Source of the DNA: Planctomycetales bacterium
GTDB lineage: Bacteria; Planctomycetota; Phycisphaerae; Sedimentisphaerales; Anaerohalosphaeraceae
Assembly: GCA_022615575.1 (NCBI GenBank)
Contig: JAKEGM010000071.1
Coordinates: 12,164-76,163 of the forward strand
Direction of reading: 5' to 3'
DNA: 64,000 nucleotides
Positions 1 through 8,758 of this stretch are shown here, piece by piece. The translations under genes were made by a program, and so were the position numbers. The notes beneath the pieces were generated by a model. The model ran no database searches. It had not been told where the DNA came from and was given only the letters and a program-made list of their open reading frames with translations. The number at the start of each line of letters is the position of its first letter. Position 1 is the first letter of the stretch.

Positions 1-514
1 TGCCGTTGGCCCAGGCCAGCGCAATCTTCTTGGCGTTACCGTCGGCATTGGTATGCACAGCAATCAGGCAGGGTACGCCGCCGCCCTTTTCGTATTCGCT
101 GCGGACCAGATGGCCCGGCCCCTTGGGGGCAATCATCACGACGTTGACGCCAGCCGGCGGAACGATATAGCCGAAGTGGATGTTGAAGCCGTGGCAGAAA
201 CCCAGCGTCTGGCCGGGTTTGAGATTCGGCTGGATATCCGAGGCGTAAATCTTGCCTTGCAATTCATCCGGCAGGGTAATGATAATCAGCGCCGCGCCGG
301 TCATCGCCTTGGCAATCGTGGTCGGCTTAAAGCCGTGCTCGATGGCCAGCTTGAAATTGTCAGTGCCTTCCAGTTCCGCTATCGCGACCTCGATGCCGCT
401 GTCGCGCAAGTTTTGACTGTGGGCGTGACCCTGGCTGCCGTAGCCGATCACACAGACCTTTTTACCTTTAAGCCCCTCCAGCGGGGCGTCTTTTTCATAA
501 TAGAGCGTTGCCAT
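1..514 (-). CDS. ilvC: Ketol-acid reductoisomerase (partial, runs off window start)
   Basis: Not in the ORF track. Manual translation from CAT at 512-514 gives MATLYYEKDAPLEGLKGKKVCVIGYGSQGHAHSQNLRDSG...HGFNIHF...MIAPKGPGHLVR, the classic KARI motifs. Confidence 0.97.
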   Translation of the reverse strand, partial: MATLYYEKDAPLEGLKGKKVCVIGYGSQGHAHSQNLRDSGIEVAIAELEGTDNFKLAIEHGFKPTTIAKAMTGAALIIITLPDELQGKIYASDIQPNLKPGQTLGFCHGFNIHFGYIVPPAGVNVVMIAPKGPGHLVRSEYEKGGGVPCLIAVHTNADGNAKKIALAWANG

Positions 515-554
515 TTTTCTCTGTTCTCCTGTGTTTGAACGTTAGTATATTTTG

Positions 555-608
555 AAAGCGGGGACAGGTACAACCTGCCTTTCGGCAAAACGTGCCAGTC
601 CCCGTTTT
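555..608. repeat. REP-like imperfect palindrome (GGGGACAGGTAC...GTGCCAGTCCCC) with an inner hairpin
   Basis: AAAGCGGGGAC pairs with GTCCCCGTTTT; inner TGCC-TTTC-GGCA hairpin. Confidence 0.6.
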
Positions 609-622
609 CCGAGGATACGCAG

Positions 623-651
623 AGGATACGCCAAAAATGCCCCTGTTTCAA
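623..651 (-). promoter_or_regulatory. Putative sigma70 promoter for ilvC
   Basis: Minus strand TTGAAA-N17-TATCCT; direct repeat GAGGATACGC at 611-620 and 622-631 overlaps the -10/TSS. Confidence 0.5.
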
Positions 652-709
652 CCCTTTTTCCTGAAAGCGGGATAAAAAGAATGCATGTATGAAAAGTAGA
701 AATTTCGGC

Positions 710-738
710 TTGACATGTGTATAGTTTTTCTATACAAT
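710..738 (+). promoter_or_regulatory. sigma70 promoter with overlapping palindromic operator candidate
   Basis: TTGACA(710-715)-N17-TACAAT(733-738); perfect inverted repeat TGTATAG-N5-CTATACA at 718-736. Confidence 0.8.
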
Positions 739-744
739 CCTAAA

Positions 745-1302
745 ATGGACATGGAGACATCCGAAATCCTGAAATATCTGAAAGCTGTTGCGGACCGTGT
801 AGAGTGGAATGGCCATGACATCGAAATTTTGCTGATCGGCGGTGCGGCCGGGATGTTGATTGGCCAATTACCGGCCCATCGGGTAACACAGGATTGCGAT
901 ATGATGCACGTTCAGCCCCCCCACGCACAACAGGCGGTTCTGGCCGCAGCTGTGGAAGTTGCGGGAGAAAAGGGGCTGCCCCAAACATGGCTGGATACCC
1001 AGGCAATGCCGCTGAATGTTTTGCCGGACGGCTGGCGGTCAAGGCGCGTGCTTGTCGCGCACTTTCAAAAATTATCCGTCTATGCCGTGGGCAGGCGTGA
1101 CTTGCTGGCGATGAAATTTTTTGCCAATCGTCCGCAAGACCGTCAGGATATTATCGAGATGTATCCCTCACATGACGAAATCGACTTTGCTCGGAAATAT
1201 CTGAATATGCTGCGAGTTCCCTCACGGCAAGCCGATCTCGATCAGGTTGTCAGTGCGTTGAAACTGGTTGAGGCGATGGAGAAGCTGTTCTATGGAAGCT
1301 GA
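745..1302 (+). CDS. Pol-beta superfamily nucleotidyltransferase (DUF6036/AbiEii-like)
   Basis: LLIGGAA...RVTQDCD (GG + DxD) and LLAMK...RPQDRQD motifs. Start placed at ATG 745, 7 nt after the -10 box. Confidence 0.75.
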   Translation: MDMETSEILKYLKAVADRVEWNGHDIEILLIGGAAGMLIGQLPAHRVTQDCDMMHVQPPHAQQAVLAAAVEVAGEKGLPQTWLDTQAMPLNVLPDGWRSRRVLVAHFQKLSVYAVGRRDLLAMKFFANRPQDRQDIIEMYPSHDEIDFARKYLNMLRVPSRQADLDQVVSALKLVEAMEKLFYGS

Positions 1303-1999
1303 TCGCATCATCCGCCAATGGACGCGGCTGGGAATTGCGTTTAATGTTCACCCCTTTGACCAAACACCGGATATTGAACGGCTTTTGATGGATACCGCCT
1401 CTGTTTTGCCAAAGATGCCGCGGCTGCTGCCGGCCTGCGTAAGCTGGTTGACACGGTATTACCGGCTGGTGTGCCGGCATCGGCTGGCCGGTTTGGCTGC
1501 TGGGCTTGGGGGAACCGATGCCTCGGCATCGCTGGGGCTGCTGCTGGATTTTGCCAAAGCATCTGCAAACACCGACCATTTCAATCTGGCGATCAAACTC
1601 TGTGCGCCCACACAAACGTCCAAGCCGTTGTTCACAGTGGATCGCCTGTCCGAGCCGCTTGCGTCTCTGGCACGGCTGAACAGTTCGCCGATTGGCCGGC
1701 GCTGGGGACTGTGGTGTGAAAACGTCGAGCTAAAAGAAGATGCAATCAGGCCGTTGGCGTGGGTGATGGAACATAATCCAACACTAAAATGGCGGGCTGT
1801 TTTTGGCGGAAATTTACGGGCCTCGATTCTCGAAATACTGTCTGCGGACCAACAGGCCGGGCAAAGCGAATCGCTGTTGGCGCGGCGCTGTCATGCCACG
1901 CGCAAGGCCGTTCGGGAAGCGCTGGATCATCTGGAGTTCTGTCGGCTTGTCCTCCGCCGCAGTGCCGCCGGAAAAATCCTGATTTCACTGTGTGGGTGA
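1292..1999 (+). CDS. Hypothetical protein with C-terminal winged helix-turn-helix; partner of the nucleotidyltransferase
   Basis: ATG at 1292 overlaps the upstream stop (translational coupling). C-terminus LRASILEIL...SESLLARRCHATRKAVREALDHLEFCRLV looks like an ArsR/MarR-type wHTH. Confidence 0.65.
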   Translation: MEADRIIRQWTRLGIAFNVHPFDQTPDIERLLMDTASVLPKMPRLLPACVSWLTRYYRLVCRHRLAGLAAGLGGTDASASLGLLLDFAKASANTDHFNLAIKLCAPTQTSKPLFTVDRLSEPLASLARLNSSPIGRRWGLWCENVELKEDAIRPLAWVMEHNPTLKWRAVFGGNLRASILEILSADQQAGQSESLLARRCHATRKAVREALDHLEFCRLVLRRSAAGKILISLCG

Positions 2000-2146
2000 A
2001 TTGGGTCAATAAAAATACGAAAAATTGTTGATAATCCAATAAAATAGCGGACAGTGGGGCTGTTGAAAAACCCCAAAACCGGCGAAGCAACACTTGTATT
2101 TGAGCAAAAAACGCCACATATTTTTGGGAAATTTTCTTTTTTATAT

Positions 2147-2216
2147 ACCCCTCCGGCCTTACGGCCACCTCCCCTTCACAGGGGAGGAGCTTTTGCCCCT
2201 TTGCAGGGGGAGAGCT
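2147..2216. repeat. REP-like multi-hairpin element
   Basis: GGCC-TTAC-GGCC, CCTCCCCT-TCAC-AGGGGAGG and AGCTTT..CCCCT-TTGC-AGGGG..AGAGCT hairpins in tandem. Confidence 0.6.
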
Positions 2217-2274
2217 AAAAAAAACGCCGGCAAAATACCAGCGTTATGTACTCAGGCAAGATGCCCGAGCTACG

Positions 2275-2772
2275 TTATTCTTCTGTTTTTGCGGCGCGGT
2301 TGTAGCGGGCCATGGCGACGGTTCCGGTACGAACCACGTTTTTGACGCCGTACGGCCGGCAGGAGTCGATGAATGCCTCGACCTTGCTTTCCGGGCCGGC
2401 CACCTCGACCATCACGAATTTGGGCCCGATGTCCACCACTTTCGCGTTAAACATTTCAATCAGGGCCAGGATTTCCGGGCGTTTTTCGGCGGTACAGGCC
2501 ACGCTGACCAGCATCAAATCCCGTGCCACGCAGTCCTGCCCGACGAAGTCCTGCACCTTGACGACCTCGACGATTTTCAGCAGTTGCTTGCGTACCTGCT
2601 CGACGACCTTGTCATCGCCGACCACCACAATGGTCATCCGGCTGATGTTGGGGTCGTCCGTGCGACCGACCGCCAGCGAATCGATATTAAAAGCCCGTGC
2701 GGCGAACATCCCCGCCACATGCGCCAGCACGCCGGGCTTGTTCATCACTAATGCGCTCAATATATGCTTCAT
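2275..2772 (-). CDS. ilvN: Acetolactate synthase small (regulatory) subunit
   Basis: ACT domain NKPGVLAHVAGMFAARAFNIDSL; C-terminal VVRTG; adjacent to ilvB. Confidence 0.96.
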   Translation of the reverse strand: MKHILSALVMNKPGVLAHVAGMFAARAFNIDSLAVGRTDDPNISRMTIVVVGDDKVVEQVRKQLLKIVEVVKVQDFVGQDCVARDLMLVSVACTAEKRPEILALIEMFNAKVVDIGPKFVMVEVAGPESKVEAFIDSCRPYGVKNVVRTGTVAMARYNRAAKTEE

Positions 2773-2786
2773 AATAAACTCCAGAT

Positions 2787-2814
2787 ATCAAGAATTTTTA
2801 ATTCAAAATTAATG
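2787..2814. repeat. Degenerate 7-nt-period array at the ilvB-ilvN junction
   Basis: Minus strand CATTAAT TTTGAAT TAAAAAT TCTTGAT. Confidence 0.4.
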
Positions 2815-4530
2815 TTATGCCATTTCAAAGATATCCAGTCCGTCCATTTCGTGCAGGGATTTACCCGCCGGAACCATCGGCCAGACGTTTTCCTCGCGGT
2901 CCACGCGGAAGTCCACCACACACGGGCGGGTTTCAGCCAGCATGTCTTTTACGGCCCCGGCGACCTGCTCTTTTTTATCCACGGTGATGCCAACGCAGCC
3001 GAACGCCCGCGCCAGGTTGGCAAAGTCCGGGTTGACTAACGAGCTTTTTGAATACCGCTTGCCGTAGAACAACTCCTGCCACTGGCGAACCATGCCCATG
3101 TAGCCGTTGTTAATCAGCGCAACCTTAATCGGCAGCTTATACATCACCGCGGTCGAAAGCTCGGTCAGGGTCATGTTAAAGCTGCTGTCGCCGTCGATGT
3201 CGATGACCGGCTTGTCCGGACAGGCCAACTGGGCGCCAATCGCCGCCGGCAGACCGAAGCCCATTGTTCCCAGCCCGCCGGAGGTAATCAACTGACGCGG
3301 GCGGCTGTATTTATAGAACTGCGCCGACCACATCTGGTGCTGGCCGACGCCTGTACAGATAATCGCCTGGCCCTGGGTCTGGCGGCAGATTTCCTCTATC
3401 ACGTACTGCGGCTTGATGACATCGGCGTTTTTATCATACATAAACGGATGCTTGGCCTTCCACGCCGCGATGGTCTCGAACCATTCCTTGCGCGGTTTGT
3501 ATTCGACCTCGTTCAATAGCGCCGTCAACACCTGTTTGGCGTCGCCGACGACCGGGATATCCACTTTGACATTCTTGCCGATACTGGACGGGTCCAGGTC
3601 GATATGGACAATTTTGGCATGCGGGGCAAACGTCTGCAAATTGCCGGTTACACGGTCCTCAAAGCGCGCCCCAACCGAAATCAGCAAATCGGCGTGCTGA
3701 ACGGCGTAGTTGGCATACGCCGAGCCGTGCATCCCGAGCATATCCAGCGATTCGGGCCGGCTCTGGTCATACGCTCCTAATCCCATCAGCGTCGTGGTAA
3801 CGGGAATATTGGCCTTTTGCGCCAGTGCCCGCAGTTGGTCGGATGCGCCGGAGATAATCACGCCGCCGCCGACGTACAGAACGGGCTTTTGGGATTCATT
3901 GATGGCCTGGGCGGCCATGGTAATCTGGCGGGCATGTCCGTGGGCGCGGTTCTTAATCCCCGGCAGGTCAATCTCGCCCTTCGGCGGAATCGGGCACTGG
4001 GCCAACTGCATATCCACCGGGATATCGATCAGGACCGGTCCCGGCCGGCCTGACTTGGCGATATAAAAGGCCTCCCGAATCGATTGCGCCAGATCATTGG
4101 GGTCTTTGATAATCATATTGTGTTTGGTAATCGGCCGGGTGATGCCGGTCGTGTCCGCTTCCTGAAAGGCGTCGTTGCCAATTAAACTGGTACGAACTTG
4201 TCCGGTAATGGCCACTAAAGGAACCGAATCCATCATTGCCGTCGCTATTCCCGTGGTCAGGTTGGTTGCGCCGGGGCCGCTGGTGGCTACGACCACGCCG
4301 ACCTTGCCGGACGCGCGGGCGTAGGCGTCGGCCATGTGGCAGCCGCCCTGCTCGTGCCGGGGGATGATAAAGTTAATCGGCGCATCATACAGCTTATCGA
4401 ACAGCGGCAGCACCACGCCGCCCAGATACCCGAACATTGTCTCGACGCCCTGTTCAATCAGCATGTCCACGATGACCTGCGAACCGACCTTGTGGACAGT
4501 TTTGTCGTTATTAGTTCCGTTTTTGCTCAT
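2815..4530 (-). CDS. ilvB: Acetolactate synthase large subunit (biosynthetic)
   Basis: RHEQG, TSGPGATN, GMHG, GLGTMGFGLPAAIGA, GDSSF..N TPP motif, MVRQWQ. Confidence 0.97.
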   Translation of the reverse strand: MSKNGTNNDKTVHKVGSQVIVDMLIEQGVETMFGYLGGVVLPLFDKLYDAPINFIIPRHEQGGCHMADAYARASGKVGVVVATSGPGATNLTTGIATAMMDSVPLVAITGQVRTSLIGNDAFQEADTTGITRPITKHNMIIKDPNDLAQSIREAFYIAKSGRPGPVLIDIPVDMQLAQCPIPPKGEIDLPGIKNRAHGHARQITMAAQAINESQKPVLYVGGGVIISGASDQLRALAQKANIPVTTTLMGLGAYDQSRPESLDMLGMHGSAYANYAVQHADLLISVGARFEDRVTGNLQTFAPHAKIVHIDLDPSSIGKNVKVDIPVVGDAKQVLTALLNEVEYKPRKEWFETIAAWKAKHPFMYDKNADVIKPQYVIEEICRQTQGQAIICTGVGQHQMWSAQFYKYSRPRQLITSGGLGTMGFGLPAAIGAQLACPDKPVIDIDGDSSFNMTLTELSTAVMYKLPIKVALINNGYMGMVRQWQELFYGKRYSKSSLVNPDFANLARAFGCVGITVDKKEQVAGAVKDMLAETRPCVVDFRVDREENVWPMVPAGKSLHEMDGLDIFEMA

Positions 4531-4732
4531 ATTTCAACTCCAAAAAAGACAAAAAAATGCTTGTTTTCGTGTATAGACACGATAACAGTGCTGCAAATAC
4601 GGGAGGCGGCGCAGGGGGAACCTGCGGCCAAAGACATGTGTCCATAAACTGACTCCAATCCTGTTCAACATTTCGTTATTCCAGTGTTTGCAGAGTTTTA
4701 GGGCGATTTTCGACAAGCCAACCTGACTGCAC

Positions 4733-4883
4733 CGAGCGAATCAGACCCGCAATGTCGGGATACGCTACCCCGATTCTGCAGCACTCAAACCACATTCTTT
4801 ACTTGTGCCAGGGACGCGAAACAGTGCCAAACACACCCCGCGCCAGAGCATTCCACCAGCCCTGAAGTCGCAAGACTGAGGAC
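4733..4883 (-). ncRNA. Candidate structured RNA / cis-regulatory leader upstream of ilvB (family not recognised)
   Basis: Three consecutive hairpins whose G-U pairs only work on the minus strand, starting right after a minus-strand promoter. Confidence 0.4.
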
Positions 4884-4891
4884 TAAAGCTG

Positions 4892-4920
4892 AATATACAC
4901 TATTTATCCGCCAAAATCAA
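4892..4920 (-). promoter_or_regulatory. Putative sigma70 promoter for the ilvB leader
   Basis: Minus strand TTGATT-N17-TATATT; the same hexamers precede tRNA-Pro. Confidence 0.6.
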
Positions 4921-4997
4921 CCCCGCCTTGAGAAAATCTTTGGGGAATCGCTCGAGATACACGGATTCCGCCCGTGCAGTGATGCTCACGGCGGTCA

Positions 4998-6038
4998 TCA
5001 GGTCAATTGCCTGAGCAGCTTATCACAGACCATTTTTTCGGACACCTGCCCGATGCAATAGGCGGGGTTGCTACTTTTAACCGCATAGCCGCGCTTGTCC
5101 GGCTCAACGGCGGCGATACATTCCGGCCGGCGATAGGGGCCTAACCGAAGGGGGTTGGTCGGACCGAAAACCAGCACGGTCGGGGTTCGGGTCGTCAGGG
5201 CAATATGCCCCGGTCCGGTATCGTTGGAAATCACCGCTCCTGCCAGCTGGAACAGGGCGATCAATTCCGGGATGCTTGTCTGCCCCGCCAAATCCGCGAT
5301 GGGAATGCTGCTGTACCGCCGGATGGCTTCGATGGCCGGCTTGTCGCCCGCTGTGCCGACGGCAGCCGCACCCCAGCCGAACTGCCCGCAAAGGGTCTCG
5401 GCGGCGGCGGCGAAACGCTGAGGCGGCCAGCACTTTGAGGCGTGGGCGGAACCGGGGACCAGCACGAGAAATTGTTTTGAACCAAGTCCGTTGTGCCGCA
5501 GTTTTTGCCGGCTCGAATCCTCGTCAGATTGCGGGACGGACAGGGCGCATTCGGTTAAACGCTCAGCGGCGCCGACCTGTTCCAGAATGGCGTGGTAGTA
5601 ATCCAGCAAATGCACAGTCCCCGCAGGGCGGTCAACGACGCGGGTATGAAACAGGTTGGCGCATTCCCGTGCCTCTTTCATGCCGACCCGCTCGGCACAG
5701 CCGGTCATCCATGCGAACAGGGCGCTGCGAAGCAGCCCCTGCAAGTCCAAAACCAGGTCGAATTGCCCGGCCTTGAGCTGCTTTCGCGCATCGCAAAGGG
5801 CGGCAAAACCGCTGACGCTGCGGTACCAGCCGCTGATTTGTTTGCGGTCAAACAGGATGATGTTGTCCAGCCCCTCGGCGCACCGGAGCAGGGGGGCAAA
5901 CTCACGGCGCACCATCCATGTCAGGCGGGCCTGCGGAAACGAGGCCCGCAGCGAACTTAAAACCGGCAGCGCATGGACAATGTCGCCCAGCGCGCTGGGC
6001 TTGATAATCAGGATGTTCCTGTATCGCGTTGTGTTCAT
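4998..6038 (-). CDS. Glycosyltransferase family 9 (LPS heptosyltransferase WaaC/WaaF-like)
   Basis: ILIIKPSALGDIVH, DLQGLLRS, SNDTGPGHIA, FGPT motifs. Confidence 0.9.
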   Translation of the reverse strand: MNTTRYRNILIIKPSALGDIVHALPVLSSLRASFPQARLTWMVRREFAPLLRCAEGLDNIILFDRKQISGWYRSVSGFAALCDARKQLKAGQFDLVLDLQGLLRSALFAWMTGCAERVGMKEARECANLFHTRVVDRPAGTVHLLDYYHAILEQVGAAERLTECALSVPQSDEDSSRQKLRHNGLGSKQFLVLVPGSAHASKCWPPQRFAAAAETLCGQFGWGAAAVGTAGDKPAIEAIRRYSSIPIADLAGQTSIPELIALFQLAGAVISNDTGPGHIALTTRTPTVLVFGPTNPLRLGPYRRPECIAAVEPDKRGYAVKSSNPAYCIGQVSEKMVCDKLLRQLT

Positions 6039-6240
6039 AAACCAATTGTGGTTTTCTGTGTCATTCAAAACAGGCGATATTCTATTCGATAATCAGCTTT
6101 TTGCAAACAGGTTCTTGCTGTTAAAAACGGAGCGTTTATTCCGCAAGATTATGAAAGCCCGAGGGTTAGCATCAAATATCGCTAAAATTCCGGTATTTTT
6201 CTTGCAAAGACGCGGGGTTGGCGGTAAAAAACGCTCTTCA

Positions 6241-6313
<73 letters not shown>

Positions 6314-6427
6314 TTAACACCTTGCCGTATCTTATACCGCACAGGCGGTTTATATAATGTCCGGTACGCACAGCAGGGGCAACATACAGGGGCTGCCTGT
6401 TAAGACACAAAACGAAAGGATACCAAG

Positions 6428-8209
6428 ATGAAGCACAAAGACATTTCGCCTGCGGCAGCATTTCTGGCAGGACTTTGGCTTTTTGCATTTATGGCGGTGT
6501 CAGTCCCCGCTCAGGAGGAGGTTTCAAGCTGGCCCTATGCCAATGAAACCAAAGAGCAAAAAGATGCCCGCATGGCCTGGTGGCGTGACGCCCGCTTCGG
6601 CCTGTTCATTCACTGGGGTGTCTATGCCGTTCCTGCCGGGACCTACAAAGACAAGCAAATCGGGGGCATCGGCGAATGGATTATGTGTCGCGGCCAAATC
6701 CCCATCGCCGAATACAAGCAGTTCGCCAGGCAGTTCAACCCCGTCAAATACGACCCCGACGCCTGGGTCAAGCTGGCCAAAGAAGCCGGCATGAAATACA
6801 TCGTCATCACCTCCAAGCACCACGACGGTTTTGCCTTGTTTGATTCCAAAGTTACCGACTGGGATGTGGTGGACGCCGCGCCTTACGGCAAAGATCTGCT
6901 CAAGCCCTTAGCCAAGGCCTGCCGCAAGCACGGCGTCAAGCTGGGCTTCTATTATTCACAGGCCCAGGACTGGACCCATCCAGGCGGCGCCGGCAACACC
7001 TGGGACCCCGCTCAGGCCGGCGACATGGACGAATACATCAAAAATATCGCCGCCCCCCAGGTTAAGGAAATCCTGACCAACTACGGCGACATCGCCGTCC
7101 TCTGGTGGGACACCCCGTACGACATGAACAAACAGCGCGCCGATATGCTCCAGCCGCTGATTGCGCTCCAGCCGGGCATTATCACCAACAACCGGCTTGG
7201 CGGCGGTTATCCCGGCGACACCGACACCCCTGAACAGCATATCCCGGCCACCGGTCTTAAAGACCGCGACTGGGAGGCCTGCATGACCATGAACGACACC
7301 TGGGGCTTCAAGAGTTATGACCACAACTGGAAATCCGCGGAAATGCTGATTCAGAATCTGGTGGATATTGCCAGCAAGGGCGGCAATTACCTGCTCAATG
7401 TCGGCCCGACCGCCGAAGGTGAAATCCCGCAGGCCAGCGTTGAACGGCTCAAGGCCGTCGGCAAGTGGATGAAGGTCAACAGCCAATCGATTTACGGCAC
7501 CTCGGCCAGCCCGTTTGCCAAATTGACCTGGGGCCGCTGCACACAGAAAACCGTTCGCGGCAAAACCACGCTTTATCTGCATATCTTTGACTGGCCGGCT
7601 GCCGGCAAACTCCTCGTGCCGGGCCTCCGCAATGAAATCAGGAAGGCCGTCCTGCTGGCGGGCAACCGCAAGCTCAAGACGGAGTCGGCTCAAGACGGGG
7701 TCATTGTGAACCTGCCCGCTGCGGCGCCGGATCCGGTGGATACGGTGGTGGCATTGCAAATCAAGGGCGAATTGAAGGTGGACAAAATCCTGCCCTCGCA
7801 GAAACCCGATGGCACGGTCGAACTGTCGGCGGCGCTGGCCGATATTCACAATCCCGGCTATGGCGGCGAAATCAAGCTGGAAACGAGGGATGCTGTACGA
7901 AACCTCGGCTATTGGACCGACCCGCGATGCTGGGTCGAGTGGTCGTATGTTATCGACAAGCCGGGCAAGTTTGAGGTTTCGGCCATGGTCGCCGTTGCCG
8001 AGGCCGAATGTCCTGTCGAGCTTATCGTCGATAACGCAAAACAGATCGTCCGCATCCCTTCCACCGGCGGCTATGCGGCCTATACGAAGGCCGTCTTGGG
8101 CACAGTAACAATCGACAAAGCGGGCGAACACAATCTTCAGCTGAAACCGATAAAGGAAAACTGGCAGCCGGCCAACATCCGCACGGTTCTTCTTTCCCCC
8201 TCGCCGTAA
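6428..8209 (+). CDS. Alpha-L-fucosidase (GH29) with signal peptide and C-terminal CBM6/35-like domain
   Basis: WWRDARFGLFIHWGVY, TSKHHDGF, LWWD nucleophile, SKGGNYLLNVGP; C-terminal PSTGGY beta-sandwich. Confidence 0.93.
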   Translation: MKHKDISPAAAFLAGLWLFAFMAVSVPAQEEVSSWPYANETKEQKDARMAWWRDARFGLFIHWGVYAVPAGTYKDKQIGGIGEWIMCRGQIPIAEYKQFARQFNPVKYDPDAWVKLAKEAGMKYIVITSKHHDGFALFDSKVTDWDVVDAAPYGKDLLKPLAKACRKHGVKLGFYYSQAQDWTHPGGAGNTWDPAQAGDMDEYIKNIAAPQVKEILTNYGDIAVLWWDTPYDMNKQRADMLQPLIALQPGIITNNRLGGGYPGDTDTPEQHIPATGLKDRDWEACMTMNDTWGFKSYDHNWKSAEMLIQNLVDIASKGGNYLLNVGPTAEGEIPQASVERLKAVGKWMKVNSQSIYGTSASPFAKLTWGRCTQKTVRGKTTLYLHIFDWPAAGKLLVPGLRNEIRKAVLLAGNRKLKTESAQDGVIVNLPAAAPDPVDTVVALQIKGELKVDKILPSQKPDGTVELSAALADIHNPGYGGEIKLETRDAVRNLGYWTDPRCWVEWSYVIDKPGKFEVSAMVAVAEAECPVELIVDNAKQIVRIPSTGGYAAYTKAVLGTVTIDKAGEHNLQLKPIKENWQPANIRTVLLSPSP

Positions 8210-8248
8210 AAAGAAAAGCGGATTGGATGAATAATGCGGCTAAACACA

Positions 8249-8291
8249 GGAACAGAGGGGCGTTAGGCCGCCTCTGTTCCTTCTTTCTTTT
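8249..8291 (+). terminator. Rho-independent terminator
   Basis: GGAACAGAGG/CCTCTGTTCC stem followed by TTCTTTCTTTT. Confidence 0.6.
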
Positions 8292-8304
8292 GGGAGAGCA
8301 AACA

Positions 8305-8706
8305 ATGAATGTGGAAGCGTTTTTATTGTGTGATGCTGCCACGGATCAGCACGGAAAACTGAATGTTCTGGGCGCGTTCGACAATATCTTCTTCAAACAG
8401 ATGCCCGCCAGACAGCCGTCGTGTTCGGTCGCGACGCGCATCCGTTTTGATAAAATCGAAGAAGGCCTTCATTCGTTTCGCATCCATATCATCAATCAGG
8501 ACGGCGTCAATATCGGTCCGAAACTCGAAGGCAAAATCGATACCCGGCCCGCGCCCAATCTGGATTCAGTCGTGACCAATGTGATTCTTAACATACAGGG
8601 CCTGGAGTTTAAGCAGAAAGGAAAATACAGAATTGACCTGGCCGTCGACGGCCAGATACAGGCATCCTTGCCGTTGTGGGTCAGCCAAGTGCCGGAGCAG
8701 CCGTAA
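8305..8706 (+). CDS. DUF6941-like hypothetical protein
   Basis: FLLCDAA...GKLNVLGAFD N-terminus and F..GKYRI C-terminus; GGAG RBS before ATG 8305. Confidence 0.7.
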   Translation: MNVEAFLLCDAATDQHGKLNVLGAFDNIFFKQMPARQPSCSVATRIRFDKIEEGLHSFRIHIINQDGVNIGPKLEGKIDTRPAPNLDSVVTNVILNIQGLEFKQKGKYRIDLAVDGQIQASLPLWVSQVPEQP

Positions 8707-8758
8707 TCAACAGAGGCCGGAGGTGAAACAAGTCCGATTTTAAGGAAAGCAGAAAACG

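Noticed and set aside
53..538. 161-aa plus-strand ORF, and other long antisense ORFs such as 15983-17983, 31193-32665, 32649-34775 and 63400-63984
   Set aside because: They are shadows of well-supported genes on the opposite strand, expected in GC-rich DNA, and have no motifs of their own.
2056..2074. GGGGCTGTTGAAAAACCCC resembling an IS terminal inverted repeat
   Set aside because: No convincing partner end or transposase in the window.
4531..4860. Attenuator leader peptide, T-box or ppGpp (ykkC) riboswitch for ilvB
   Set aside because: The short ORFs lack Ile/Leu/Val runs, and neither the T-box GGUGGNACC nor the ykkC cores are present.
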